From assembly GCA_051251915.1 (NCBI GenBank), contig JBPOGF010000001.1, positions 64,001-128,000 of the forward strand: a stretch of DNA of 64,000 nt. The letters are read 5' to 3'. This document shows, one piece after another, positions 1 to 9,578 of the stretch. How positions within the stretch are numbered: the stretch's first letter is position 1; the number at the start of each line of letters is the position of its first letter. This DNA is from Akkermansiaceae bacterium (lineage in GTDB: Bacteria; Verrucomicrobiota; Verrucomicrobiia; Verrucomicrobiales; Akkermansiaceae). The translations under genes were made by a program, and so were the position numbers. A model generated the notes under the pieces. That model did no database searches. It was not told the origin of the DNA and saw only the letters and a list, made by a program, of their open reading frames with translations.

Positions 1-1549
1 AGAGGTGGAGTCTATAGAGAGTAAAATTTCTAACGTGGAGTGGGAGCGCAAGGAGCTCAGCGAGCGGGAGACTAATGCATCTGGTAACCGTGAGGAAATG
101 GAGGCGGATCTAGGTTCAGCTAGAATACGGCTCGAAGAGCTGGAGAATGATCAGCTAATGACTAGCAGAGATCTGGAGGAGATGATGATGCGTGAGCAGG
201 ATGCGATGAGCAGACTGAATGAGTTGAAGACGAATCTGGCGGTGGAGCGCCGTGCGATGCAATCCGCGGAGGAGCAGCAACAGCCAATGGCTGCGCGTCT
301 TGAGGAGCTACGTCATCATACTTCAAGAAGAGAGAGTGAGATTATTGCGTTTCGTGAGAGGATAGAGAGTGCTAATGGTGAGAGTGGTGATCTGTTAGAG
401 GAAATAGAGACCAATACTGTTGCAGCTAATCAATTGGAAATAGAGTTAGAAGAAGCATCTGCAAGTAGGGCTGGACTCATTGAGGCGATCAACTTAGCAG
501 AAAAAGCTGCGACGGAGATACGTCAGCAAGTTACGAAGATTACTGAGCAGAAGGGGAGAGAGGAAGTAGCGGCTACGAAGTTTGAGCTGCGGTTAGAGAG
601 TCTTTCGGAGACTACGCTGGAGCGTTATCAAGTGGATCTTAACATTTTTAGACCAGATTCTCACGCGTTGCTGTCTTGTATAGCAGACCAGAAGAACTCT
701 CGTAATACTGCGGAGAAGCGGGGTGGAGGTTTTAGTTCTGATGGTGAAGATGGTCAGGATGGGATGAGTGCTGAGATTAGTGCTGATGATCTGGATGTAG
801 ATGCTATTTTGGGTGATGATGGTCCAGACTGGGATTTCGTGGAAAATAGTGTGGGCGAACTTAAGCGTAAGCTGGACTCAATGGGGCCAGTGAATGTGGA
901 TGCCATTGAGGAGTTCGATGAGCTTGAAGAACGACACAATTTTGTGAGAGGTCAGTATGATGATCTCACTAATTCTAAGGATGAGTTGATCGATGTGATA
1001 GAGCGAATCAATGTAGAAACACGTAAGAGATTCGCTGAGACGTTCGAGCAGATCCGCAAAAATTTCCAAGACATGTTTAAGTTGCTCTTTGGTGATAAGG
1101 GTAATGCGAACCTGCATTTAGTGGATGAGGATGATCCGCTTGAAAGTGGTATCGATATCATTGCTAAGCCTCCAGGTAAGAAATTGCAATCCATCACGCT
1201 GCTTTCTGGTGGGGAGAGATCAATGACAGCCGTAGCGCTGCTCTTCTCTATCTACCAGATCAAGCCGGCGCCATTCTGTGTGCTGGATGAGTTGGATGCG
1301 CCATTGGATGAATCCAACATTGGAAGATTCCTGCGGGTGCTCGACAGATTTATTGATACTTCACAGTTCATCATTGTGACACACAGTAAGCGTACAATGA
1401 GTAGGGCTGATGTGATGTATGGTGTGACGATGGAAGAATTTGGAGTATCTAAGCCAGTAGGAATGCGACTTACAGATGAAAAAGATGTGAACGCAGGAGC
1501 TAAGAAGTCAGCAGCGGCAAATGCGGCGCTGAGGCTGGATGCTGAATAG
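1..1549 (+). CDS. smc: Chromosome segregation protein SMC, C-terminal part (5' end outside window)
   Basis: Long coiled coil, then LDSMGPVNVDAIEEF, the signature LSGGERSMTAVALLF, Walker B/D-loop FCVLDELDAPLDESN and QFIIVTH. Confidence 0.96.
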   Translation, partial: EVESIESKISNVEWERKELSERETNASGNREEMEADLGSARIRLEELENDQLMTSRDLEEMMMREQDAMSRLNELKTNLAVERRAMQSAEEQQQPMAARLEELRHHTSRRESEIIAFRERIESANGESGDLLEEIETNTVAANQLEIELEEASASRAGLIEAINLAEKAATEIRQQVTKITEQKGREEVAATKFELRLESLSETTLERYQVDLNIFRPDSHALLSCIADQKNSRNTAEKRGGGFSSDGEDGQDGMSAEISADDLDVDAILGDDGPDWDFVENSVGELKRKLDSMGPVNVDAIEEFDELEERHNFVRGQYDDLTNSKDELIDVIERINVETRKRFAETFEQIRKNFQDMFKLLFGDKGNANLHLVDEDDPLESGIDIIAKPPGKKLQSITLLSGGERSMTAVALLFSIYQIKPAPFCVLDELDAPLDESNIGRFLRVLDRFIDTSQFIIVTHSKRTMSRADVMYGVTMEEFGVSKPVGMRLTDEKDVNAGAKKSAAANAALRLDAE

Positions 1550-1574
1550 AAAGATTTGTTCACCTGCACCTTAA

Positions 1575-1646
1575 TAAGGCAGGTTAATAATGGGGATGCG
1601 GGGGGTGTAGGTTTTCATAGTCCTGCGCTCCCCCAAACCTGCCTTA
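1575..1646. repeat. Nested inverted repeat between convergent genes (terminator or REP-like hairpin)
   Basis: TAAGGCAGGTT (1575-1585) pairs with AACCTGCCTTA (1636-1646); the inner GGGGGGTGTAGG pairs with CCTGCGCTCCCC using G-U pairs. Confidence 0.6.
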
Positions 1647-1663
1647 AGCATTGGGTCTAGAAT

Positions 1664-2203
1664 TTAAACAAAGAAGTAGTGGGATGCGCAGACTAGGATC
1701 ATGATTCCGGATAGTGCGATGGAGCCGATGAAAGTTATCATGTATAGGATCCAGAAGAGTGGGCTGGCGGCAAAGCTTACCATTGCAACGCCATCTATGA
1801 CCTCGGTTGATCCGTAGAGGACTTTGCCTACTATGGTGAGGTATTTGAACTTGCTGAGTCTTTTTCCTTCGGCGATGGCTAACTCTTTTCTGTGATGTTT
1901 TACTACGGACTTGATGTGCTCTGTGTTAGATGCGCAGATTTCTGGCAGTGAGGCGATGGCATCGAGCACCCACCAGACAATACCGATGCTGAGGATGGGG
2001 AGCAGCATGATGAGGCTTGGGATGCCCCAGCGCCATGGACCTAGGTCGGTGGCAGAATAGAAATAGATGAGAGCTCCGATGAATACGATTACCGTAGGCA
2101 CGAGCAATACCATTGCTGCTATTTTCAGTCCTTGCGCAATTTTAGCAGCATGGCTGATTAGTTTGAGAAATTTCTGAAAACGGTTCTCTGAAGCTATCTC
2201 CAT
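1664..2203 (-). CDS. Hypothetical membrane protein (about 3-4 TM helices)
   Basis: 179-aa ORF with long hydrophobic segments; no recognised motif. Confidence 0.75.
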   Translation of the reverse strand: MEIASENRFQKFLKLISHAAKIAQGLKIAAMVLLVPTVIVFIGALIYFYSATDLGPWRWGIPSLIMLLPILSIGIVWWVLDAIASLPEICASNTEHIKSVVKHHRKELAIAEGKRLSKFKYLTIVGKVLYGSTEVIDGVAMVSFAASPLFWILYMITFIGSIALSGIMILVCASHYFFV

Positions 2204-2242
2204 ATGTTTTACATATCAGAATAGCACCGTTGGTAAAGTAGA

Positions 2243-2272
2243 TTGACCACAAGGTTTGCACCTTGTGGTCAA
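2243..2272. terminator. Perfect 13-bp hairpin downstream of the DHDPS-family gene
   Basis: TTGACCACAAGGT-ttgc-ACCTTGTGGTCAA; GCAA (GNRA) loop on the minus strand; U-tract weak. Confidence 0.55.
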
Positions 2273-2296
2273 AATTTTGCAATGAAACAGCGGAGA

Positions 2297-3244
2297 CTAA
2301 GCGTCTTTACCTTCCCAAGAATTCCACCAGTTTTTGAACAGCGTGTGCTGTGAATCTAGGTGGGCTTGCTGAGATGGGCTGAGTTGGTCGTCGCTGTAAA
2401 TTTGATACTGGTAGTTCTCGTTACCTTCTAGAACCATGAGGCGCTTGTAGTAGAGAACGAGATCAGTTCCTTCATCGAAGGTGCAGAGCACGCTCATTGC
2501 TTCATTGAGCTCTTGAGCATAGCGGCGTGCAGTGGCTTGGCCTGTGGCTGCGCGCTTGCAGAGGTCTACCATTTTGAGGATTTCTGCTGGCATGGCTGTT
2601 CCTACACCGGTGATGGCGCCTACTGCTCCGCAGTTTACAAATCCGTGATAGGCTTGAGTGTCTACGCCGACCATGAGGGTGAGGCCATTGTCACCGGTGG
2701 TGATGTGTTCCGCTGCGTATGTGAGTGCTGCGCCACCACCGAATTCCTTGAATCCGATGAGTTGAGGATACTGTGAGTGGAGCTTGAAGAAGAGGTCTGC
2801 TTTGGTCTCAAATCCGTAGTGTGGTGAGTTGTAAATTACAGCAGGAAGATCTGGCCCGCCGGCTTCTAAAATAGCTGTGAAGTGGTTGTGCTGAGCTGCT
2901 GGGGAGTGTCCGCGTGAGAGAACGCGAGGGATGACCATTAGGCCGTGTGCTCCAACTTCACGAGCGTGAGTGGCGTGAGCAACAGCGATGCGAGTGTTCT
3001 GCGCGCCTGTTCCTACGATGGTTTTGATGCCAGCGTCGACGAGAGCAGTTACGCCTGTCATCCGCTCTTCGTCTGTGAGTAGAGGCCAGTCGCCCATTGA
3101 TCCGCAGTAAACGACTGCGTCCATTCCGGCTTCGATGAGTCCTTTAGCGGTCTCTACGAGGGCTGGGAAATCTGGTGTTCCGTTTGCATCACATGGTGTC
3201 ATGAGTGCTGGGATTGTTCCGGAGAAAATATTTTGGTTGTTCAT
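2297..3244 (-). CDS. DHDPS/NAL-family protein, probable delta1-pyrroline-4-hydroxy-2-carboxylate deaminase
   Basis: GTIPALMTP, YCGSMGDW, IYNSP and Schiff-base Lys in GFKEFGG; directly downstream of a hydroxyproline epimerase gene. Confidence 0.8.
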   Translation of the reverse strand: MNNQNIFSGTIPALMTPCDANGTPDFPALVETAKGLIEAGMDAVVYCGSMGDWPLLTDEERMTGVTALVDAGIKTIVGTGAQNTRIAVAHATHAREVGAHGLMVIPRVLSRGHSPAAQHNHFTAILEAGGPDLPAVIYNSPHYGFETKADLFFKLHSQYPQLIGFKEFGGGAALTYAAEHITTGDNGLTLMVGVDTQAYHGFVNCGAVGAITGVGTAMPAEILKMVDLCKRAATGQATARRYAQELNEAMSVLCTFDEGTDLVLYYKRLMVLEGNENYQYQIYSDDQLSPSQQAHLDSQHTLFKNWWNSWEGKDA

Positions 3245-3264
3245 AATGATGTTGTGTTGGTTTG

Positions 3265-4227
3265 TTAGAAATTGATGCCTGTAGCAAAGGGGTCTTCTGG
3301 GTTAATGATGATGGTGGTTTCCCCGTTGACCCAGGCTGAGCCTGTGATGGTGGGTGTGACTTGGTTAGATTCTGTGAGAGGAGTTACTTTTCCGGTGAAG
3401 ATGGTGTTGATAATGCTAGACTGTCTCCAGATTTCACCAAGGTTTAGTTTTCCTGATTCGTAGAGGCAGGCGAGCTTGGCAGATGTGCCGGTGCCACATG
3501 GTGAGCGATCATATTCGCCACCTGGACAGAGGACAAAGTTTCTGCTGTCTGACTGATCATCTGCGGGTGGGCCGAAAAGCTCAATGTGGTCGATGGGTTG
3601 GCCATCGCCACCAGCGATGCCTTGGTCAGCGAGTGCGGCCATGACTGCTGTTGTGAATTCTGTCAGAAGTGGAATGTTAGATGGCTCGACGGCTGGAACA
3701 TTTTTCTGTTCGTCAATGAGGAAAAACCAATTTCCACCCCAGGCGATGTCGCCAGTGATGGTGCCGTAGTGGGGGACTTCAACTAGGGCATCTGCTTGAT
3801 GACAATAGGATGGGACATTGTCCACTGATACGCTGCCGTCATCATGCATGTGAGCGGTGACTACTCCCACTGGGGTATCAATACGATGCGATCCTGTGGT
3901 GATGATTCCCATGTGCTTGAGGGTGATAGCTAGGCCGATGGTGCCGTGGATGCACATGTTGAGATAGCCAGCGTTGTTAAAAAAGATGACTCCTGCTGTA
4001 CAGTCTGGTGAGTGAGGCTCAGTGATGATGGCTCCGACCATGGCGGGGAATCCACGAGGCTCTAGTAAAACGGTTGTGCGAATCCAGTCATATTTAGCCT
4101 TGAGCAAATCGCGTTTCTGGGCGAGAGTGCCATCTCCAAGATGAGGGCAACCATCCACAACTACACGGGTAGGCTCACCGCCGGTGTGAGAATCGATAAT
4201 TTTTATAAGTTTGGTTGTGTTGCTCAT
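3265..4227 (-). CDS. Proline racemase family, probable 4-hydroxyproline 2-epimerase
   Basis: DSHTGGEPTR, MCIHGT and DRSPCGTGTSA (Cys/Cys catalytic pair), GGNWF. Confidence 0.88.
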   Translation of the reverse strand: MSNTTKLIKIIDSHTGGEPTRVVVDGCPHLGDGTLAQKRDLLKAKYDWIRTTVLLEPRGFPAMVGAIITEPHSPDCTAGVIFFNNAGYLNMCIHGTIGLAITLKHMGIITTGSHRIDTPVGVVTAHMHDDGSVSVDNVPSYCHQADALVEVPHYGTITGDIAWGGNWFFLIDEQKNVPAVEPSNIPLLTEFTTAVMAALADQGIAGGDGQPIDHIELFGPPADDQSDSRNFVLCPGGEYDRSPCGTGTSAKLACLYESGKLNLGEIWRQSSIINTIFTGKVTPLTESNQVTPTITGSAWVNGETTIIINPEDPFATGINF

Positions 4228-4319
4228 TTATTTAAGTAAAAATATAGCAGAGTTAATCTAGTAGGAAAAACCAGATATTTCCCTAGAATCTGCACAGCTA
4301 GACCAGAACGCACAAGTAT

Positions 4320-5051
4320 ATGCCCGTATCAGAGTTTTATAATCAAGTGGACAGAGCATGTCCAATTCTAGGTGTGGAGTTATTCGACCATGTCCCAGAC
4401 ACTGTTTACTTTATTAAAGATAGGCAGGGAAGATATGTGGTGGTTAATAAGACTCTGAGTGTCCGGCTAGGGATGGAGCAATCTGAGCTTGTAGGTAAAA
4501 AGGCTGAGGAGGTGTTTCCTGATCCATTGGGGGCAAGGTTTACTAGGCAGGATATGCTTGTGATGCAGACTGGGGCTGGGATCAAGGGGAGGCTAGAAAT
4601 GCATCTTTATCCGAGTGGGAAACAGGGGTGGTGTCTGACATATAAGGAGCCGGTGAAGGGGATGGGTGGAAAGCTGATAGGTATAGTGGGTATCTCAAGA
4701 GATATTCATCCTCCTACTGAGCACCGTGATGATTTAGCGCCGCTGCAGAAGGTGATCACTCACATTAGACTTAATGTTGCGGAGCCGCTTAGGCTGCCTC
4801 AATTGGCAGAGATGGTTAATCTCTCGGTGTATCAGCTAGATCAGCGAATCCGCGGATTGTTTCATCTTTCTGCTGGGCAGTTTATTACTCAGACGAGGAT
4901 TGAGAAGGCGTGTAATTTACTTAAGTGCACGGATCAAGGGATAGCGAATGTGGCTCTTGATTGTGGTTACTCGGATCAATCTGCTTTTACTCGTCAATTC
5001 AAGCAAACTACTGGTCTTACGCCGAAGGCGTATCGGAAGCAGGTGAAGTAG
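4320..5051 (+). CDS. AraC-family regulator with N-terminal PAS domain, divergent from the hydroxyproline genes
   Basis: PAS-like FDHVPDTVYFIKDRQGRYVVVN...IVGISRD; AraC C-terminus IANVALDCGYSDQSAFTRQFKQTTGLTP. Confidence 0.9.
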   Translation: MPVSEFYNQVDRACPILGVELFDHVPDTVYFIKDRQGRYVVVNKTLSVRLGMEQSELVGKKAEEVFPDPLGARFTRQDMLVMQTGAGIKGRLEMHLYPSGKQGWCLTYKEPVKGMGGKLIGIVGISRDIHPPTEHRDDLAPLQKVITHIRLNVAEPLRLPQLAEMVNLSVYQLDQRIRGLFHLSAGQFITQTRIEKACNLLKCTDQGIANVALDCGYSDQSAFTRQFKQTTGLTPKAYRKQVK

Positions 5052-5097
5052 GGATTAGAGAAGCGCAAGTAGCTAATGATGACGGTGACGGTGACGT

Positions 5098-5898
5098 TTA
5101 TTTCATTTCTGGAGTTGTTGGTTCTTTTGCTGGTTTAGGGGCGGCGGCATCTTTAGCGGGTTGTTTTTTCTTAAGAAACCTGAGCGAATGGAGTACTTGC
5201 TGGACATCGCCGTCTGCTAGTCTTCTTTTGACATCGTCTGGTTTTCCCTGAGCGGGATCTAGAAACATCACGGCGATGAGGCCTTGGGGATTATTTTTTC
5301 TTAGGATGGCGACTACTTTCATAAAGAGAATGGAGTCGTCTTGTTTAGTGAGCTTACCTAGTAGGACGGCTGCGTCATAGGGACCTACTTTTGTTTTGTA
5401 TCTTTTGCCGATGGTGATGTCTTTTTGTCCTTTGGCAAATTGGGGGACTAGTTGGGTTTCCATTAGGGTGGCTGACTGGGCTAGTCTTACATCCTGGGGA
5501 AGATTAGTGGGCATGGTGAGGGTAGTGAAGCGGATAGACTCAGCGATCTTTTTGTCTTCGGTTCCTAATGTGAAGCGAACTAGTTCTGGAACCTCTGGTC
5601 GTGGATGGTAATAAAATTTCCCTAGTTCTGAGGGCATGAGGGTGACGGTAAATGGTGCGTGATCGAGAGGTGGTGCTTTATGTTTTTTGGCAAATTCATC
5701 ATCGATGATCCAGGCTTTGCCTTTGCCGAAGGTGTCTGTGACTTTCTCGGGGAGGAATGGAAGTGGTGTTATAGGAGCTGTAGCGGGAGTAGGCGCAGGC
5801 TTAGTTGTTTCAGTAGCATCTTTCTGAACCTCTTGGGCATAGGTGGTGAGGAAGGAGCTAGTGAAGAAGGCGAGGAGGGCGACGAGTGATTTGTTCAT
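5098..5898 (-). CDS. Hypothetical exported protein
   Basis: Signal peptide MNKSLVALLAFFTSSFLTTYA followed by a P/T/A-rich linker. Confidence 0.75.
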   Translation of the reverse strand: MNKSLVALLAFFTSSFLTTYAQEVQKDATETTKPAPTPATAPITPLPFLPEKVTDTFGKGKAWIIDDEFAKKHKAPPLDHAPFTVTLMPSELGKFYYHPRPEVPELVRFTLGTEDKKIAESIRFTTLTMPTNLPQDVRLAQSATLMETQLVPQFAKGQKDITIGKRYKTKVGPYDAAVLLGKLTKQDDSILFMKVVAILRKNNPQGLIAVMFLDPAQGKPDDVKRRLADGDVQQVLHSLRFLKKKQPAKDAAAPKPAKEPTTPEMK

Positions 5899-6002
5899 AA
5901 TACTTTACATGCTAACCTGTTCGTGGTGAGTTTGTCGAGGTAATATGAAGCATGGAGGTATGCTCTCTCTTGATGTGATGGAGCGTGCAGCGACTTTGCA
6001 CC

Positions 6003-6896
6003 TTAGTGGTTGAACTGGTCTTCTTTTGAGGGGAGGACGCCAAATAGTTTGCGGTAGTTTTGTGCGAATCGTCCTTGGTGGTTGAAACCAAATAGATGGA
6101 TGATTTGGGTGAGTTCTCCATGGCTCACTGAATGAGATTTTAGGTATTGCCTAACACACTGCATGCGATAGTGGGTGTGGAATTCGATGGGGCCTTTGCC
6201 GTAGACGGCTTTGAATCCTTGCTGGATTGAGCGAGCGGGAGCGTTGAGCATTGTGCTGAGCTCAGTCATTGTGACTGCTTCGGATTTTGTAGCTCTTAGA
6301 ATATTATTTGCATGTACGGCAAGGGCGTTACAAAATGGACGTTGGTTCAATGTAGGGGTGGAGTCGATACTGATGATTAAATCTTCAAGGAAAGTGGGGT
6401 CTTCAGAGCCTTCGGCTAGCATGAATTTGATCCTGGATGCAATGGCGAATTTTGCATCGTGATTGCTGAATCGGACAAAATCATTTCTGAAGAACTGTTC
6501 AAAATTTCGGTGGGTTAGGAGCTCAAATAGTTTCTTGAATTTGCCTTCATCGATATGAATAAACAAGGCGTTATAGGGAGTTAGAAATGAGAAATTAGAT
6601 TCTCTGCCGGGTCTAGAGACTGTGAGATTTAGATCGTAATTTTTAGAGCTCGAAAGTGCGCCGTTGAAGAAATGGGTGTCGTTTTCTGAGAAGTTGAGCA
6701 GGATGCCTGCTTTGGGTTCTAGAACTCCTGAGAATGCGAAACATGTGTTTTCTCCAACTGTGTAGAATGGTGTTAGTTTACGGTTATTTAAGATGCAGAA
6801 TATCTCGTTATTGTGCGAGACCGATTCCATATGGGCAATAGTGGCATATGCTTGGTCGATGAGGGTTGGTTCTATAATTTTTATAGCGTTTTCCAT
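6003..6896 (-). CDS. AraC-family transcriptional regulator (EutR-like C-terminus)
   Basis: ARSIQQGFKAVYGKGP...FGFNHQGRFAQNYRKLFGVLPS double-HTH pattern. Confidence 0.85.
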   Translation of the reverse strand: MENAIKIIEPTLIDQAYATIAHMESVSHNNEIFCILNNRKLTPFYTVGENTCFAFSGVLEPKAGILLNFSENDTHFFNGALSSSKNYDLNLTVSRPGRESNFSFLTPYNALFIHIDEGKFKKLFELLTHRNFEQFFRNDFVRFSNHDAKFAIASRIKFMLAEGSEDPTFLEDLIISIDSTPTLNQRPFCNALAVHANNILRATKSEAVTMTELSTMLNAPARSIQQGFKAVYGKGPIEFHTHYRMQCVRQYLKSHSVSHGELTQIIHLFGFNHQGRFAQNYRKLFGVLPSKEDQFNH

Positions 6897-7205
6897 TAAT
6901 CTATAAAGGTTACAACAGCTATTATATTGTGTATAGGTTAAAAGCGCTTGGTGATGAGTGTGATTAATTGTTTTCAGTAAATGTGTTTATATCTAGTCTG
7001 AAGGCTAGTGGTGGGGGTGAGCTAGTGTCTATGTATCTTAATGTGTTTTAGGGTATTGTTATTTTATGGAGGGGTGATTACTAGGTGCTTGTTCCTTGAT
7101 TAGAGCGAGGGTTATTTTTTAATACACTTGTTTGGATAGTGGAGCTTTTGCTTAGCGCGTGACTTTTCAGGTTGAAGAAATGGTTTGGCGGAGTATAGAG
7201 GCGGT

Positions 7206-8258
7206 GTGGAAAGATCTAACCGATTTAGCAAGTTTCAGAAAGTAGCACTCGCGGCGTTAGTGTCGGTGATAGCTCTCATCTTTGTGGGGGCTGTAGTGCG
7301 TGCTACTGGGGCTGGGATGGGGTGTCCTGACTGGCCGAAATGCTGGGGGAAATATATCCCGCCGACGGATGTGAGTCAGATCAGTGTGGATGAACTGCCG
7401 TTGGAAAAATATAAGGCGAAGCGTGAGCGGCATGGGGGGAATCCTGATGATATCACTAAGGAAACGGTGCTGGCTGAATTTAATCCGGTGCATACTTGGA
7501 CGGAGTTTGTGAACCGATTGTGTTCTTTGCCTGTGGGGTTGTTTTCTGTGCTGACGATGATCATGGCGTTTCAGTTTACGAAGTCACGTAAATGGGTGTT
7601 TTATGGTGCATTTTCGGCTGTGGTGCTGGTGGGGGTAAATGCTTGGATGGGGGCGAGGATTGTGTATTCAGGGCTTCAGCCTGGGACGATTACGACTCAT
7701 ATGGCTTTGGCTATTTTGTTGATGTGTGTGCAGGTTGCTATTGTTTGGGGTGGTGGTGAGAAGCGCTGGTTGCTAGAGTTTTCTGATGGTAAGAAGGAGC
7801 AATTGAAATGGCTGGGGTTTGGGTTATTTATTTTGATTATTGGTGAGGGGATTATGGGTTCTCAGGTGAGGGAAATGACGGATGCGCTGAAGGTTTCTCA
7901 TGGGAATGCGCCGCGTATCGAGTGGAGTGCTGAGCTTGAGCATACTTGGGTGTACGTGGTGCATCGGAGCTTTTCTTGGGTGATACTGGGGGTAAGTTTT
8001 TGGTGGTTTATTATGTGTAAGCAATATCGTGTGGGTGGGGTGAAGTGGCAGGAGTATATGGTGCTGGGCTTGGTGTTGGCGCAGATGGTGTTGGGGATTA
8101 TTTTATCAAATGTGGGGATTTTACGGGTTGTGCAGGTGTTGCATATTGGGCTTTCTTCATTGTTGGTATGCGGGATGTTTGTGTGGTTGCTTGGGGCATT
8201 TGGTAAGCAGTTTGTAGAGCGAGATCACGGGAGGTTAGTGCGGGGTGAAGACAGCTAG
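7206..8258 (+). CDS. ctaA: Heme A synthase, COX15/CtaA family (GTG start at 7206 preferred over TTG at 7185)
   Basis: GAVVRATGAGMGCPDWPKC, 8 TM helices, heme-ligand His in TTHMALA, VHRSFS and QVLHIG. Confidence 0.88.
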   Translation: MERSNRFSKFQKVALAALVSVIALIFVGAVVRATGAGMGCPDWPKCWGKYIPPTDVSQISVDELPLEKYKAKRERHGGNPDDITKETVLAEFNPVHTWTEFVNRLCSLPVGLFSVLTMIMAFQFTKSRKWVFYGAFSAVVLVGVNAWMGARIVYSGLQPGTITTHMALAILLMCVQVAIVWGGGEKRWLLEFSDGKKEQLKWLGFGLFILIIGEGIMGSQVREMTDALKVSHGNAPRIEWSAELEHTWVYVVHRSFSWVILGVSFWWFIMCKQYRVGGVKWQEYMVLGLVLAQMVLGIILSNVGILRVVQVLHIGLSSLLVCGMFVWLLGAFGKQFVERDHGRLVRGEDS

Positions 8259-9480
8259 GGGTAAATTTTTACACGATGCAGATCTTGAGAATGGCGTTTG
8301 GAAAAAGACGTTTATCTGGGATTTGTTTAGGGCGTTGCCGATGGGGGTGACGGAGACTGTGGGGTCGACATTTGGGTTGCTGATTGCGATTCGGTATCTG
8401 GATGTGGCGACGCTGAGTAAGTCGTATTTCATGGCGGGGCCGGCGCTGGGGATGTTGTTGAGTTTATTTTCTGTGGCGATGGTGCGGAGGTTGGGGTGGA
8501 GTGTGAATGTGTCTGCTGCGTTGACGTGGGTTATTTCTTCGGTTGGGTTTGGTGTGGCGGCTATGGGGCATGAAAATGTGGTATGTTATATTATTGGTGT
8601 GGTGGTGGCGTTGCTGGCGCATAGTATTTCATCGCCTTTGTTGCCGCAGATTTATAGGCGTCATTATCCGGGGGAGATCCGGGGGAAGTTATTTTCTTTT
8701 GTGGGGATGGTGCGTGCGGGAACGGCTGCGGGGTTTGCTTTTTTTGCTGGGATGTGGCTGGCGGAAGGGCGGATAGGTTATGAGGTTTTACTGTGGGTGT
8801 TTTCTGGGTGTAGTTTGTTGAAGGCATTTTTCACGATGATGATTCAGCCTGTGTATCTGAGGAGGAGTCATAAGTTGAATGTGTTAGATGCGTTTGGGCA
8901 TTTGAAGACTGATTTGGTTTTTAGGAAGTTGATTTCTACGTGGATGTTGTTGGGTATCGGGAATCTGCTTTGTATGGCGTTGTTTGTGGAGTATGTGACG
9001 AATGATTATTATGGCTTTGGCTTTAATGAGGGGGAGATTAGTATGGTGACGACTACTGTGCCGATGTTGGCATTTATCGTGAGTGTGGTGGGCTGGGGGA
9101 TGGTGTATGATAAGATGGAGTTTTATCGGTTGAGGATTTTGGTGAATTTATTTTTCATTGCTGGTGTGCTGATGTTTTTCTTTGCGCCTAGTTATGTTTG
9201 GTTGTGTGTGGGGATGGCATTTCACGGTATGGGGAAGGCTGGGGGGAATGTGTTGTGGAGCCTTTGGACTACTAAGTTTGCGCCTGCGGATAAGGTGGGA
9301 GAGTATATGAGTGTGCATACTTTTATGACTGGTTTTAGGGGGATTATTTCTGCGTTTGTGGCGTTCCCGTTGATCTTGATTGTGGGGCCGCATGTGATTG
9401 GGATGATAGGGGCTGGGTTGATGGTGATTTCTTCGCTGTGGTTGTTGCCGGAGGTAAGGAGGAATTGGGGGAAGGGGTAG
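8245..9480 (+). CDS. MFS transporter
   Basis: About 12 TM helices, YPGEIRGKLFS loop motif; overlaps the ctaA stop. Confidence 0.82.
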   Translation: MKTARGKFLHDADLENGVWKKTFIWDLFRALPMGVTETVGSTFGLLIAIRYLDVATLSKSYFMAGPALGMLLSLFSVAMVRRLGWSVNVSAALTWVISSVGFGVAAMGHENVVCYIIGVVVALLAHSISSPLLPQIYRRHYPGEIRGKLFSFVGMVRAGTAAGFAFFAGMWLAEGRIGYEVLLWVFSGCSLLKAFFTMMIQPVYLRRSHKLNVLDAFGHLKTDLVFRKLISTWMLLGIGNLLCMALFVEYVTNDYYGFGFNEGEISMVTTTVPMLAFIVSVVGWGMVYDKMEFYRLRILVNLFFIAGVLMFFFAPSYVWLCVGMAFHGMGKAGGNVLWSLWTTKFAPADKVGEYMSVHTFMTGFRGIISAFVAFPLILIVGPHVIGMIGAGLMVISSLWLLPEVRRNWGKG

Positions 9481-9578
9481 GTGATGAATGGTTGATACCC
9501 TTTATAGGGGGATTGGTGGCTCTGAGCTTGATTGGTGATAGAATATGGTGGAGGTTCGAGTAACTATTTTACTATTTT

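Noticed and set aside
5078..5097. Short GACGGT tandem repeat between convergent genes
   Set aside because: Only about three copies and no evident structure or function
6897..7205. 310-bp intergenic region as a possible small gene or riboswitch
   Set aside because: No convincing ORF, hairpin or known motif found by eye; likely a divergent promoter region
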